Source: Podarcis filfolensis
Lineage: Eukaryota
Direction: 5' to 3' (one strand)
Length of the DNA stretch: 64,000 nt
Assembly (NCBI GenBank): GCA_964270895.1
Contig: OZ185438.1
The position numbers and the translations under genes were made by a program. This document shows, one piece after another, positions 1-15,725 of this stretch. The notes under the pieces were generated by a model that made no database searches, had not been told where the DNA came from, and was given only the letters and a program-made list of their open reading frames with translations. Within the stretch, counting starts at the first letter, position 1. Each line of letters starts with the position of its first letter.

Positions 1-3000
1 TTTTTATATGTCACCTGAAGTTTTTTAAGTCTGGATACTATTTAAATATTTTCAAAATTTGTTCATACTGTACTTGGTGCACTCTGCCCTGCCCAAACCT
101 TCCATTCCTACTGTAGTACTATACTGCCGTTCATTCGTAATCTCATACTTGTCTCAGTGCCACCAGTTCAGGTAAAGACCATTTTCAGTACCATTGTCTG
201 CTGTTTTTTCCATCTCACATATCGTAACTAATGTTGGTTCTTCATGGTTTCACTGGGATTCATAAACCTTTCCTAATTCAGCTCTCCTTTTATTGTTTTC
301 TTCTTCCAGAAGTGCCCTTTAAGATGTGATCAAAACAATTTTATTTTACTGTAAATTTTCTATGTTTCAAGCCTCTATGGTTGGTTTTCTGCTGCTTTGT
401 CGGTTTAGATGGCAAGGTTCTCCATGCATGGAGCTGTTTGTTCATTATTTGTTTACACTGTATATGGTACAGTAAAGTTATGCCTCTTAAGAGTACTTCA
501 AGAACAAAAAATGGATGACAGAAACATTGAATGTATCTTCAATTTTTTAACTTTTGCCTTTCCCCACTGTATTTTGCAGACAGTAAGCTCTTTAGGGCAG
601 AGCCAAGTGGTATCAATTTCCTGGCAAAACATGTTATTTGGGGATTCTGTAAAGTATTGAGTTGTAATGGTTCACTGCTTATGTAAACTATTTTTGACAC
701 CTATCATTGAAAAATGTTTCATGAGCTAAATTTGTGTAAGCTACTTAAATGTCTGCAATAATGATTGCTATAAAAGTGTGAATGGGTGTCTTCAAACCTT
801 GCTATGATTATCATGGGTATTCAGCAGTTTTGAAGGGTCTTCCAGATTTTTGTATGTAGGAAAATGTAAGCAGAACAGCTGGGTAACCCAATTTCCTATA
901 GAACTTTTGAGTTATCTGAAAGTTATTTATCATCTATATAAAAAGCAGGGAACAAGGGCTGCATTTCCATGTAGGGAAACCTTCTTGGGGCCCAGGCCTA
1001 TGGTGGGCCGAGCAATGGATGTGACTCTTAACTTTTGTTCAGTAGGCTACATTCCAGCCACACAAATGCCACAGGTTTCTGTGCGCATGTACATGCATCT
1101 ATCCATCATTGTAAGAAGAAAGCAAGATTATTATCACAGTTCAATAATACAGTCAAGCTAGGCAACAGCACTCAAGGAAAATGTGATGCACAAATGGTGA
1201 GGGTTGCAGTCTGGGGTGAGGTCTGAGGGCAGGATAAAGAAGTCGGGGGGGGGGGATCCCATTCATCCTCTGGGCCTGAAATTTCTCACCACTGATCCCC
1301 ATTTCTTACTGTTGCCAACTGGAAATAATGATAACAACAGAAGATATGGTAAATGAATTACAATAATTCATGTTAAAAGAAGGCACAGGCAACAAAGACA
1401 AGTAAAACCTCTTCAGCTAAGGTATAGGCAATATGAGCTCTAGAAGGATGGAAATAAGGAACAAAGTGAAGTAAAAAATTTTTGCCAACTTTTTATTGTG
1501 AGTGGTTTTTAGGAACCAAATGGTTGAACTATAGGCGATAAAAACAAGATAGAAAGGATGGAAGAGTAGGCAGGAAATGAGCTGGCTGCTTATTTTTTAA
1601 TGAATACATTTCAGCTTTTATCCCTTTTATATTTGAGGGCTCTAAGGCTTAATTGCTACTGACATTGTTGGGATGTTAGGCATTATTAATTTAGTGCACC
1701 ATTTGTCATATCAAAGAATATATGTCTTTGGATAGCCTTGCACAATTGCATGCTACTAGGGATATACTGTGATCGGTGATAAATGTATGAGGAAGTTGTA
1801 TACCATGTGCAAAGCCTGAGGTAAGGTATAGCTTGCAGAATTTTAAGACACAGGCAAGAAAATAGCTGTAGTGGTTAAGAAGCATCAAGATTCATTCATA
1901 TGATCAATTTGCAGTTTTTTATCCAGATGGGTTGGTTTGTAGGAGGAGGGTAGAGATTTTACATCACTGGTTTAATTACTATCACTGGTGTGTGTTTCTG
2001 TGATCTAGATTCTCAAAATATGAATTGGACTTGTTTAACTAACACTTGTTTAACCTGTCAGGGATCATTATGTCACTTTTGCCTGGATTCAGCATTGATC
2101 AGCAACTCTATATTTAGTTTTTGGTGTCAACTGTAGGGCTGGAATCTTGATAGAAAAGAAAAGAAAAGTCAGAAGTGCATTTTTATCATTGTGCTGATAA
2201 AACCTAATTTGGCATTCCTGAACAATTAAATTCCCGAGTTCAAACAGCAAGACACAAACTTGAACAGAAAGAGAAAGAGAACAGGATGGACTTGTGGGCA
2301 CTTTTCAGGAAAGGCAGGGAAATACCAAGTAACCAATCACCACCATTCTTAAACTTCATAGCTAAGTACCAATAGAAATACAGTGGCAGGTTTTACAGGT
2401 AACACCACTAATATCATATAATCAATTGTATCAGTGGCCATTGAGAAACATATTAGGATTAACCTCTCTAGAATGCTATGTAACAAATTTTTTACGGCAT
2501 AGGTTTATGAATGAACCAGACATCATTCTTACTGTACAATCATGATGATTTGTGATCATGATAGTATCAAGGTGCTTATATGAATGACACTTTCAATACT
2601 GGTTGTGCCTGAAAATATTTTAGGGCAAATGTACTGCTTCATTTCTAATCACTATATGCCCATAGCTTCCTGCTGAAATCCTTTCCCCCCACAATTTTTT
2701 TGGTTTATTGCTGTTCTGATTTTGTTGTGCTGTAGCACAAGATTGCCCCTTGCCCAGCGGTAATAATATGGTAACATTGGAAAGCATTGCAAAGTAATGA
2801 ATAAAGCAGAATGTATATGAACTGTCCAGTATAAATCCACCACTGATACATTAGTATTGCATCAATGGCATGTTGCAGAATATACCTGCATAAAGGGTCA
2901 TTCTAGAGGGGCCCCAAGTTCCTTTTATCAAATGCATGCAGTGCTATCCTCAGTTGATATATGCATATGGATACAGCGGGGGGAATGTAAATAGTTAGAA

Positions 3001-6000
3001 GCAAATAACATGCAAAATGTACAAACTGTGACAATTATGTTAAAAGTTTAAATATATGTATAATAAACATAGAGACCTTTCGCAAAGCAGTACTGATTAT
3101 AACATCCAGACATTGCTAAGTTAATTTGCAATTTTTTGACTGTTTCTAATATGTGATAAGAGAAAGATTAGTGTTGGTATAACAATGTTGTTTAGACAAG
3201 ACAGAGTTGTTCTCAGACTTGTAAACAACATCTGAGTTTAGTAAATCTCAGTTTTTGATCCATACAGTATCTAAGAAGCCAATCAAAAAGTTCCTTAAAC
3301 TAAATCATGCAGGTTACATATTCTCTTTGTAATGTTACTCAAAAGTTTTTTTTACAGAGAGATTAACTGGATTATCTCCTATCAGAACATGATAAGTGCC
3401 TCAAAATCTTGGGGATTTATATTACTGAAAGATGCACATTAAAACCCCTTATTCACACTCAGAAGGTGTTCCTGTTTTAAGTATGTCAGAGATAAATACT
3501 CTGTTCAAGTATAAACCCTGAACACCACTGTGTAGTATGTGGAACAAGTGTTTGGCAATTGTATTATATAGAACAGTTGCCATAGCTTATTTATTTGGTG
3601 ATACCTTGCCACCTCATGAAGCATCTTCTAGAAGTCTGCTCATGGGGTGCTCCTGCCATTAGAAGCAGTACAGAAGCTAGGGGCCGCAGGAGTAAAGTGA
3701 TAGCAGCAAAAAATCCTGCACCATTCCCTACTCCAATGGAAGCCTCTGCTGAATCTGTTTCTTCAATGGACATAAGGAGTTACTGTGTTGAACACTAATG
3801 AATATCCAAGCTATTGTCTTTATTTCATTAAATGACTGTTAGAAAAAAGGTAGTCTAAACATAGTTACATCTTATATCCTATTTGTCTGAATAACGCAAT
3901 TTGTTTTGAAGCTTTTTCTTTTAATATTTAGAAATAAAATAAATCTCTGTACTTTAAGGAAGATCTTCTGCAGCGCATCCTCCCACCTGTGCCTTTTCTG
4001 CTGTGAATGCTTTAGGTGTTCTGTCTCCCTAGAGTGGACTAATTTGCTTGACATTTCTCATCCTTGCATATTTATGCCCTTATTATCTTCAGAGTAATGA
4101 CATAAAATTGTCTGTGGCTACGTACCTGAAAAGGGGTATGTGTTTTATGTCATGACTATGAAAATTGAGACATGTACTATCTTCAGCTATGCTGAACTAA
4201 CTTGTTTTTTGAGTTCTGGATTTTCCTTGCTTTACGTGTACTGTTTCAGAAAACTATCAGCGGCCAAATGTCTATTTTTTGTTGTTTTTTTAAGTAAAAG
4301 CACGAAATTTGTTTTGGGACACAGGCTACTTAAAGGTAATCTAGCAGCTCTTTATTGGTGCTAGTTATAACTTGATATTTTTACATTAAAAGGATAACAA
4401 ATTGCTGTTCATTAGTGCTGGTCCCTTATGCAAAGCAGGCTGACAAGACTCTAAAGCTCCATATAGTTATAAAGTACTATGGCTCCCCTTGCCCCATTCA
4501 AGCCACCAGAGGTCAGACGGTGTACAGATTTGGAGGAAGAATAAAAGAAAAAAGACAAGTTGAAGTAACAGTATCAACGTAATACTGCTGGAAAAAGACT
4601 CTGTTTTCTTGAGTTTAGCATTTGATACAAGGCTGGATCAAAGCTGTAGTAGCACCTAAAATGTACTGCCTGAGGTGGACCCTCATTGCCATATTAAGGC
4701 TAAGCCCTGCCTTGCCATGATAATAGAATGCTTTCAGTAATAGTAGCAAAATCAATTTCATCCTGCAGAGAGGTTTGCCTCTGCTGTAAAATCTGTAAAG
4801 GTTCTAGAATGTATATTGCATTTTACTGTCATTTCAATTCCATAAAGAAACCAGTGGTTAGATATGGCATGCTTGTGTTGTACTCTGAACACAATTTATC
4901 CTCTCTGCTGTTCAGTGTCCGTGAAGTTACTCTGTAGGAAATTTACCTTTGTCTTTGATGCTGTTAGTAGATGGCATAGAAAAATTACATTTGCAGCCCA
5001 TCATCACTTCATGGATTAAAGCTTTCAGGCTCTGTAAGGTCTTGAATATCTTTTTTTTAAAAACAGGGGAGCTATTTCTGTGAATTCTTCTGGCTCCTCA
5101 TTGTAAATGATAAAGGGTAATCTTTCAGATATGTACTCTGCAATGGAAGTAGAACAGCCATTATTCCCCTCCCCCCCCCCCATCTTATTCTGCACACTGC
5201 CTTGAGTGTTTCTTGAGACAGAGAATCACAGGTCAGGGTCCCTCCTTTTTTTCTTGAGCAAGTGGCACACCCAAAATGTCAAGCAAATGAGCAAATTATT
5301 TCATCATAAAGACCCAGTTGTAGGCAGGCCCACAAACAGGAAACCATCCAAATCATACACAGTGTCAAAAAAATGCAGTTCACCTCCTCAGAGCCTACTC
5401 CAAAAACACGCTGAAATGCTCAAAGGTGGAAAATGAAATTTAACACCACATGGGTAATGCTCAATCCACATAAAATGTCCCCTCAAAGGAAAAACCCAGC
5501 AAATCAAATTCTTCCAGATGGACTAGGAGAAGGTGAAAGATTGACTTAATGCCACATTTACACATCAATGTACGCCTGCCGTAGTGCTGAACCATACAGA
5601 CAGCACTGTTGAAGGAGTCATAATACGCTGTGCAAAGCTGGTCAGGAATAGCATCATTTACTGACCAGCCTCTGGGAATCAACCTAAATTCCTCAGGAGA
5701 TTTTTTGGGGACAGTGCCTAAAGGAGGCGTTTAGAAGGATTCAGGAGGGCATTGGCCTGCTCCAATTAGCTTTCTATAACTAAAATAAAACAAGATTTCA
5801 TTACTAAATGCAGTGGTCTAATAATGTGAATATGTAGAAGACCATTAAAACTATTGCCCTCATCTAGAAAATATCATATGGGTTGTTGTAAAAGTGGAAG
5901 AGGATCAACTAAAATATGCTTTGGTAGTATCCTGGGGCATGTAGTCTACATTGTGTGATACAAGATGGAAAGATAGTACACTAGAGGAATTTAGCTTCTC

Positions 6001-7175
6001 CCAGCAACTATTTAATTCAACTTGACTAGAACATTTTTGAATGTGATGATCCATAAAGCACCTTAGATGTAGGTTAGTATTCAACCAGTGTTATAACACA
6101 TATAAACATTCCCTAGGTCATAAAAATATAGCTCATGTGTTCCATAGAGGCCTCAGTTCATGTACTATTTCTAAAACTAGGCATATTTTATTTATCTTTG
6201 TGATCCGTATTAATCAGCAAGTATGAATTGGTTATATACAAATTCTATATATAGTTCTTTGATCAAAATACATTCCTTCCTTTGCAGAATAATACTTTTA
6301 CTTTATTTGTAGATCTAGTGGGTAAATAGAAGGCTCACAGGTTCTGCAGTTCTGCAGTTTCGCTGAATTGCTTTTATAGTTTTCAGTTGTTTTTAAATTC
6401 TCGACTATATAGTCACTATTTCAGTATCTCAGAATTACAATGTGCCTTTTAAAATATTGGATTTTAAACAATATGAGTTTATACTATTTATGTTACTGAG
6501 AAATACATGTAGTGATGTTTTGGTCAGCTGAGCTGGTTTCTAATTATTAAAATTTTGGCATCTCAAATCACTTAGAATATCGATGGCATTGTAGTCTCCC
6601 CTGTGACACCCCCCCCCCCAGATTTTACAGTTCACTATTTAAATCTGTATGCACTTTTCACAGGATGTGCTTTGATTCAATACTACCCTGGATTTGCCAT
6701 TTTCAAGGGATTGTGTTTAGTGTTTATAATGGAGTGCCTATGGATTCTACTTATAAAATGGACACTTTCTCTGGTTATCTTCATATTATAACCTTACACT
6801 TGAGAACAGTGAATATGAAATTGTTCCTACCTTAAATAGCGCCACTGACATATAGTTCATTTCAGTTTTGCCATGTGGATTGGGATTTTCCCCCCATGTC
6901 ACTACAATATTTTTGCAGTGCTATGAAGACACCTCTCAATCCACATTGTGAACCATTGCATACAAATGAGTTGCACCTAGAGACATCTGCCACATCAAAT
7001 AAAAGGAGTTTACATGTATTTTCTTCTGATAGAAACACTTGGTATTCCAGTGGCATGTGTTAGTGGTATTACTCAAATGCTGTTAGAGCGATGTTAGATG
7101 GGTGAGACGTTTATATTGGATGGCAGTAGTTTGCAAGAACTTTACAATTTTTTTCCCATGATGTCTTTTTCTTAG

Positions 7176-7277
<102 letters not shown>

Positions 7278-7995
7278 TAAATCTAAATTTTGGATTATGA
7301 TTCCCCTTTTGCTTGCCTACGTGTGTATTAACTGCAAAGGATCAAGAGCATGTTTGGGGAAGGAAGGGGTGCACGTGGGAGAAGAGCTTGAAACAGCTTG
7401 GGCTAGAGTTGTGAGAAAGTTAGCTTCAGTAATGCATATAAACTGGACTTTGTTCAAGGGAGGAAAAAGTGTATCACCGCCATACCTTGTCGTGAATTAA
7501 AGGAAATTTGTCTTAATTTGCATAGGATTTTGTGCTGTAGTTTGCTGTGGTGCAGTAAACACATTTCCTATCTAATAATGTTTTTGGTTTTTTTATTGGA
7601 AATCAAATAATATTAAAAGCTGATAAGTTAGTATCTCATCTAAGCAGCACACACACTCCTTCATGTCTTCTTTGTTTATAAAAATAGATGTAATGTCACC
7701 AGACTCGAACTCATTGTACCAACTAATGAGAGTTTGAGAAAGGATAGTCTCTCTTGCAGACATTCACCTCTAGCCATTTTCAGACTTATGCTTATTCATT
7801 TGTATGAGAAGTATTCTCTAGGTTCCTTTAAAGGACAGAAGCCACCTTCTTATGAAGGAAACTCAAACAGCTGAAAATATCTGAAAACAGAATTTCCAAT
7901 GACATTCTTAAATCAACCATAGAATTCTTCTTCCCACCAGAAGTGAAGTTAAACTTCAAGTCACCAATAGTAGTGTTTGTACATTGTTTACTATA

Positions 7996-8221
7996 CAGTG
8001 GTACCTCATGTTAAGAACTTAATTAGTTATGGAGGTCCGTTTTTAACCTGAAACTGTTCTTAACCTGAAGCACCACTTTAGCTAATGGGGCCTCCCGCTG
8101 CTGCCGCACCGCTGCTGTGCAATTTCTGTTCTCATCCTGAAGCAAAGTTCTTAACCCCAGGTACTATTTCTGGGTTAGAGGAGTCTGTAACCTGAAGTGT
8201 CTGTAACCCGAGGTACCACTG
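7996..8221. mobile_element. Tc1/mariner (Tigger/pogo-like) MITE
   Basis: TIRs CAGTGGTACCTC...GAGGTACCACTG, flanked by TA (7994-7995 and 8222-8223). No ORF. Homologous to 51118-51359. Confidence 0.88.
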
Positions 8222-9069
8222 TAGTTGGAAAGCTCCTGCCACTACAGTTTCCCACAGGAAAACACGTGAGGGTTTCCAACAGGTGTTCTACTGTGGGTTA
8301 GAGGCACAGCCCACCACCGAAATGCTGCAACGCTTTGCATTCCTGGTACTTAATGTGCATGTCAGTAAACTAGTAACACACTCCATCCTGTGTCAGTTTG
8401 GCATGCATGCTCACACAATTGCCTTGCTTCTCTATAGTAAAAACTTCATTGAAACTGCCTTGATTGAAGCTTCTGTTGGGATGAAAGTCACATCACAGTG
8501 ACTAACAAGATCCTCTGATCAGTCCCTTTATCTAATCAACATGACTAATCACAGTGATAGGTCTGAGTTCTTGCAAATTTAGTTGAGGCTATAAGTGAGT
8601 TACTAATGTGTGTGGAGCAGAACAATATGAACAATTACAGCCTTCCATAGTTCTGCTGAAGCAGTTTCCATTGTCAAACTGAATAATAATAATATGGTTA
8701 AACTGAATAATCTCCCATATGTGTAAACATAATTTATTTGAACTGTGACCGGTATCAATATAATAGTAATACTGTCCATGTATTGCTCTCAACATAATTT
8801 GTCATTTAATAAAACATCTGCACAGATATTGATAATACATTTTTAGAACGAGTCCATAGATTGATGCTGTTGGTGGTATTTAATATTTAGTGCTCTTAGA
8901 GCAAAATAATTGAAAAAAATCCATAATATATAGTACTACTTGCCTTGTTTTATAAATATTAAAAGCATTTATTCCATAAGGGCTAAGTTATATTTGGAGG
9001 AAATGTAAAGTGGTTTCTAGTTTGCCTTAATAGATATCATTACACTGCAGTCTAATTAAATTCAATGTG

Positions 9070-9740
9070 ATTATTCTGCTTAGAGCTTCTTCAAGAGCAG
9101 CCCCACATTCAGCCCATTGCAGTAGTTTAAGTAGGAGGTCGCTTGAGCATGGACAACTGGAACCAGACTATTCTAGTCCAGGAACAACTGTAGATGGCAG
9201 TTTATCCTAAAATGGGCATAATTCTCCTGGCCACAGAAGCCACTTGAGACCCCAGTGGCAAGCTGGGATTCACGTGCCAAACCACTTGCACCATGAGGCT
9301 TTCCTCCCTCTCCCTTTCCATTATCGGCTCCAGGATGGTGGTGGTGGTGAGAACCCTCAGAACGGTGTGCAGAGGCAGGGGAGGGAATTGTTCTATCTGG
9401 TACTCTGATATACTTGAACAGATGGAACATTTATAATATTGTGACATTGAATTCTGCTCCATTAGTACTTCCAGTACTCAAAATTTCTTTTTGAGGGAGA
9501 GCGCAGTCCCTCCCAGACCCGATGATGTACCTAATTCCCAGACACAGGAACCACCTACCGTAGCACCTCCTTCTTAACAGTATTCAACCTCAGTTTACTG
9601 GCTCCCATCCAGCTCTTCACTGCTTTCAGACACCGATCCAACACCTTCACAGCCTGTCCTGATTCAGACGGAATAGATAAAGCTGCATGTTATCGGCATA
9701 CAAATGGTACTTTCCCCACATCCCTGCATGACAGCTCCCA
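9070..9740 (-). mobile_element. L2 LINE RT fragment (decayed)
   Basis: The - strand gives YHLYADNMQLYL (YADD-like motif, about 9670-9710) and LNYCNGLNVGLLLK (about 9095-9135). Boundaries approximate. Confidence 0.65.
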
Positions 9741-12099
9741 GTGGTGGGTGAATAAAAATCTAAAAAACAACACATCCATAAAAATAGGTGAAGCAGATCC
9801 TACCTCATGGCCAAGAAGGGAGAATTAGAGATTCGACAGTGGTTTTCTAAAATCCCTGGATCCAGGGAGGGCTTTTTCAAGAGATGCCTTTCCATAAGCC
9901 CTTTCCAGGAAGTGGGGATAACTCCCTTCTATAAAGAAACAACCACTCCCTGCATCAATCGAGTCAGTCCACTCCTACCATATTTTATTAGCCTTGATGG
10001 GCAAGGATCGAGACGGCATATAGTCACCCTCACTTTCAGGCTCCTACCCATGTCATCAGGCTGCAACAACTGAAACTGATCACACAAACTGAAACTAAAC
10101 CATGATCCTGGGATCTCCAGTGGGACTAGAATAAGCGTGACTACAGTGTGCTGTATTGGCAAAATAATAGCCAATGTATGTTACTAGATTTTAAGATCAG
10201 TTGTAATATTGTGAAGCATTCAAACAACTTGAATCTAGTGGTGGTAATCTCACTAGAGGGTTTGAGCGTTGCAAACGACATAGATCATAACAGTGTCCAG
10301 CCTTACATTTAGTTTTTGCTGTGTGTGGCATGTGCCATTTTAGAAGATGTATCCCACTTCTTTCTCACACAGGTTGTAATGCCTCTTCTTTGATGCTTTA
10401 CTTGCATGCATAATTTGAAAATAAAAAGTGTCTTGTTTGTTCAGAACTACTGGTTTTACTCAGTGCAGATTGAGTAAAACTTGTACAAAAAATGGACTAA
10501 GTTTTCTCTAACTGTGTGATATCCCCACCATTTTTAGAAGTTAGAACCCTACCGCATGCTTTAGTCCCGTTCATTTCAATTCGTCATGGGAATGCTTCAT
10601 TTTCTCTGGATTTTGATCTGAATCCTTCCGAGTCAGTCCATCCTGAGTTTAAGCTGCATTGATTTAAAATGTTTAACTTTTGCCCAGTTGCTATCCACAG
10701 TGTTTTATATTATCACTGCATTTTTAGAAATCTTCCAACTTCCAGAGGACAGAAGTAGGAATTGATATAAATGCCTTCTGATCATAGTACTTAAATTGAA
10801 CTCCTGGTGTTCTGGATTTTCTGTAGTGAAGAGAAATGAGTGTCTGTGTTTACTTGCACTGGAAAATGATTTATTAAACTTCAGGGGAAAATATATTATG
10901 TGATTATCTTAAAAACTATTGCAGTTAGGTGAGAATTTGGGACATTTTGTGTATTCCATGGATCACCACTCTTTGTGCCCTTGCACATAGAGCACCTTTG
11001 TCCAGTGGCACAGCAGACCTGGAGCAGCAAGGGAGGAGTCAACTTCTCATGGCACCCTTGAAAGATCCCATGGTTCTCATGAGGGGCTGATCCGCTGAGT
11101 GCTTAAAAGCCTCAACTGCACAGCAGTCAGGGTCATTATCTTGTAGAAGAGTTTTGTTTTTAAGTCACTGAATGTTCTACATGAGTGGTTTTCAGACTTA
11201 CCACATTCAGGGAACTATTTCTGTGTTAATTTATGAGCCCAAGGATCTTTGTAAAATTCCTGTTGTTTTGAATGATTCAGGATGCATGTTCTAGGGAACA
11301 CTTTCCGTACTCATGGGTGCCCTCTATATCGGACCTGAATTAAGAGTGCACCAGGACTTTCAACACCCATAAACACACACCATGCAGTCTAAGGAAAGAT
11401 CAGTAATGGCAGAGAAGCTGTTTTGGGGGCATCTTGTCAGAATAGTTGAACACTACCCTGCTTGGATCACAAAACCCTTCTAGAGATTTTGTGAGTACTC
11501 AGTGGACACACAAAACTCAGTGTGTTTGTATTTCCTCTCCTTGTCTTGCAGCCCCCCTCAAGGAAAACGAGGGGGGTTGTATCTGGTGGCAATAGGGAGT
11601 ACTGCCCCCATCCATTCATCTTGAGGAAAAAGCTACATGAAGTGTGCCTCTCTGGCTTGAAGTAATGCTGCATGTCTCATTTATACCTGGGAAAGGGAGG
11701 CTTGTAGTCCAACCCACGATTCCTCAGTGAGGAATAACACTGAGTTATTTGATCCAGATTATGTCCTCTTCTAGACGTTTAAGGCTCACTGAGGAAGTCT
11801 GGTGTTGTCCCATCACAAGTTCAAAACACCCAGTACACTCAAAGGGCCTTAGAGCACTCCCATATTATTGCCATAGTAGCTCACTGAGCTGTCGTCTGTG
11901 CAAATAACTTGTTCCAATTGAAGCCTTCTATATGTTGCCAGGACTGTAGCGTTGAAAAAGAGAAATATTTAACTTCCTAGAAAACATAAATACAGTATAG
12001 AGAACTAACACAGAGTGCATAGCTTAATAATCTTGCTTTTGCGAAAGGAGAGATGATAGCCAGTAAGGATTGTATTCTTTATCATCTCTTTTATTTTAA

Positions 12100-12201
<102 letters not shown>

Positions 12202-15200
12202 TGAAGATGATGGTGTATCAGCAACACATGTTAAAATGTGTTGTTTTCCTGGTTTTAGTAGCTTTTGCATGAGAGATTTTAAAAAGACTCTGTAATTTTT
12301 ATGTATTCTAAAAAATAAGTAGTGTGGAAGCGAAATGTGTGTAAGACTACCAGTTTCTCATAATATTTACTAATAGCAAATTTAGGTGGTTGAATGCCTA
12401 TTGGTTTGGAAACAAAGCAGAGCCACAAAAAATAAGGTAGTGGTTTCTTCATACTTAATGGCCTGCATAGATACACAGAAGCGTAAATTAAAGGCTAGGG
12501 TTGTAAATAGCCCTCTCAAGGATCTGTGAGCTTCAAAAACATACAGAATGTTGAAGTCTCAGCCGAGTGAGTGAAGTGGGAAGAAGAGGGAATTAATCTG
12601 ATCCTTATCCTGGATTAGGGGTGGGGTGGATGAATCCCATAAAAAATTATAAAATGCTAACGTTTGCGGCTGAGAGCCATCCCATCTCTTACTACGTTGC
12701 TCAGTGGGTTGTCCATTTGCTTTTCTCACCCCTTGAAACTCATTCTCCATGAGGCCTGAGCAAGACTACAGGACTCCTATTTCAGCTGGCTGGAATGCTA
12801 AACAAGAAACCTGTGTATCAAACAGGTATCTCTCTGGAGTTAACACAGGTTAAACCATTTCCTCTCTCTTTTGGTCATTTACACATTGCTTTAGTATAGC
12901 ATGAGTTCAATACATTTACTCACATTTAATATTCTGTAATTTAGAATATTTTATTCTGAAGTGCCTTATTTATTTATATTCACATAATTTTAAACTGCAC
13001 TTTAATATGAAAATATCACAAGGCAGTATAAGAACTGAAAAGACAGTGTTACACTAAAAATAATTAAAACATCAAACACATTAGTAAGAGCTTAGGTTGA
13101 AAGTGTGTCTGAAGAGAGTTTTTAGAAGACATCTAAAAACAAGATATGACTCCTGCTAAGCCTCTATTGACAAGGAGGTCCAAAGGGCATAGTCTGCCAC
13201 ATAAAAAGCTTGACACTTGTTAAAGGCCAGCCCAACCTAAGGGGCATGGAGGCTTACCAAATGTGCCCCATCGGAACACAACAATGATCAAGACAGATCA
13301 TAATTACAGTAAAACTGTACTGGGAAAGTAATATTTGTAGGAATTGCTATCCTTAAGAGTAGGACAGCCATAGGACAGCTTTCATAGCTACACAGGCTGG
13401 GCAATTTTTGTTGGGTTCACGGTTGGGAATGGAAGGATTAAGCACTCTTCCCATGCACTGTGGTCCCCTTCCTGTCTGTTAATTTCCCTCCCCCCCCCAT
13501 GTGTCACATGTAATTTTTTCCTGTAGGGATTTCTTTACACAGTCTAAATGGTGTGCAAAAACCTAGATTAGGAAGGGTATGGGATAGATTCTGGGATTGT
13601 CACTCATTGCACCCCAATTGGCAATATGAGAAAGACTGTGCTGCTGTTTGGGATGGAGAGCACCTCTCTTGATGAGAAGTAGAGTATCAGATGGACATTA
13701 GTTGTGGGGGAAAATTTCCCTGATTGCTTCTATATGACCTGTTTATTGAGCATTCTATTCTGATTTGTTTGTGGGAAGGTTTAAAACATCACATCAAGCA
13801 ATTGTTACTCCATACTTTCCAGTTTATTTAACCATCACTTTGCTTACTGCAAAAAGTCTGACTTGCGGGGCTGGGGCATAGGTTTGCCATAAAGTGATTG
13901 AATCCCACCTGCACAATAGCAACTGTCTTGAAGTGCCCTCTTTATGAGAAGCTGTTAGTAGGAGGATTCCTCCTGAAGGTGAGAAAGGCAAGTGAAATAT
14001 GTTTCAAGTGGTCTTTGAACTTTTCTCTGGCCATTTCTATGTCCAGTCTGCTGAGTCAAGTTGAGATTCAACTCTATGGGAAATTGCACTGGTAGGATAT
14101 ACATGCCACAGCAGTGTGAGAAATTCTGTCTTAACAAGTTGGAGACTAATACTTTAATTCTTTACAAAGAGAGTTGGGCAAGCTCATTTAGATAACATTG
14201 CAGGAATGTAAGGTACCTGTCTTTAACATCTAATGTAAAGAACATTGGATTGGCTATGAATGCTGTGAACTTAACTATAGTTATCTATTAAGGGATGTAA
14301 AATCCAAATAGGTAAACTTGTGAAGCTAATTAGGCATAGTTTTTCTTACCATTCTGCAAGGTTGATGTTCAGTGTTTTGCAGAACATATCAAAACTGAGG
14401 AAAACAACACCAAAAATCAGTTATGTCTGGCAAAGGAGTATAGCCAGGACACACAACAAAGGAGTCACAGCTGCACTTTTTGAAGGACAAAGCCTGTTAG
14501 CCCACAGGACTAGAGAAGCAGGCTGGAAAGAAGAGGTGCATGTTTGGGCCCCACCAACACCAAGCTCACCTTTTGCATGCCTGGTATTAACTTTCATGTT
14601 AGATGCAAAAGTGGAGAAGCTTACAGGTCTAAGCCCCACACCCACACTACACATTCCCTAAAGCAGCTTCCAGGTACTCAACAACAGCTACCAGTCTACA
14701 GATTCAACCGGGACTAGATTGTCTGACTAGTCCTAGCTCTGTGAAACAGCGTATGTGTCAAATGTAGGACGTGTTCTATGAAGAACATAGGAAGTCCTTA
14801 AGCTGTTGGCCCAAGTAGTACAATAGCTCTCCAGGGTTTCTTGCAAGGTTCTCTCTCCCAGCCCTACCTGGAGATGCCAAGGATATACTGTACCTCCGAG
14901 TTATGGCCCACTAGAAAAGCTGGGAGAAAGTCTCCCACATTGCACACGCGAAAGCATATGCAGTCCCCAAGGACCAAACTAGATGTATATTAAATGCCTA
15001 TTTGCACTTACATGTACAACCCTTTCTTTCCCTGATGTGGTCTGACAAGATATTGCTCCTTTGAAGCTGTTATTTACATCTGGAGAAAGCCCTCTATTGG
15101 GTATTGCTTCAGAGTTGATTTAGTAAGCAGCAGCTGCCTCAGGGCTATGCTTATTTGTGCTCTTTATAGTATTGGGAGAGGGGAATGTCTTTAAGGCTGT

Positions 15201-15725
15201 TGGGAGGACTGCAACAAGACCCAAGAGTGATAGTAATGGTCGGTAGCTGCAACATGTAGTCTGTAGAGGTTGGTGAGCATCAATGAGAGAGAGCTGCCAC
15301 CTATGTACTCATCCGTGTTCCTCCTTGAAATACTTCCTGTGTTGGGGAGGTTGGGAGAGACTCATCACTAAAACTACAATTGTTCCTACGCTGTAGGGAG
15401 CAGTAGTATAAAACTTTGCTCAGCGTCTGTTTGTTCTGCTCCATGTGACCAGACTGTTCTCCTGAAATGCAAAAGGGTACATTAGGTTTTGAGTAGCCAT
15501 ACAATTATTGAAGAGGAGTGCCTGGCATTTATCAATTTTCGAAGGCTGATAACCTTTAGCCAATCCCCTTTCTGAAGAATGCATGTTTTTGGTGACCTGT
15601 GTGGAAACATTGCTGCTGGCTGATGAGTCAGGAAGCATTGATTATGCCACACAATTTAACTAAATTATTGTTGACAATATTTGAGACATGGGGAGATATA
15701 TGCTGCAGTCACAATCAGATAAATA

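Noticed and set aside
5440-5700. Possible very old LINE RT remnant on the - strand
   Set aside because: Only a vague resemblance and no diagnostic motif, so I cannot support a call without a repeat-library search.
1-7175. Search for CNKSR2 exon 6 (CKTLSGVCDHII...) and exon 21 (after 62142)
   Set aside because: Neither was found by eye. Both are presumed to lie outside the window, so they were not called.
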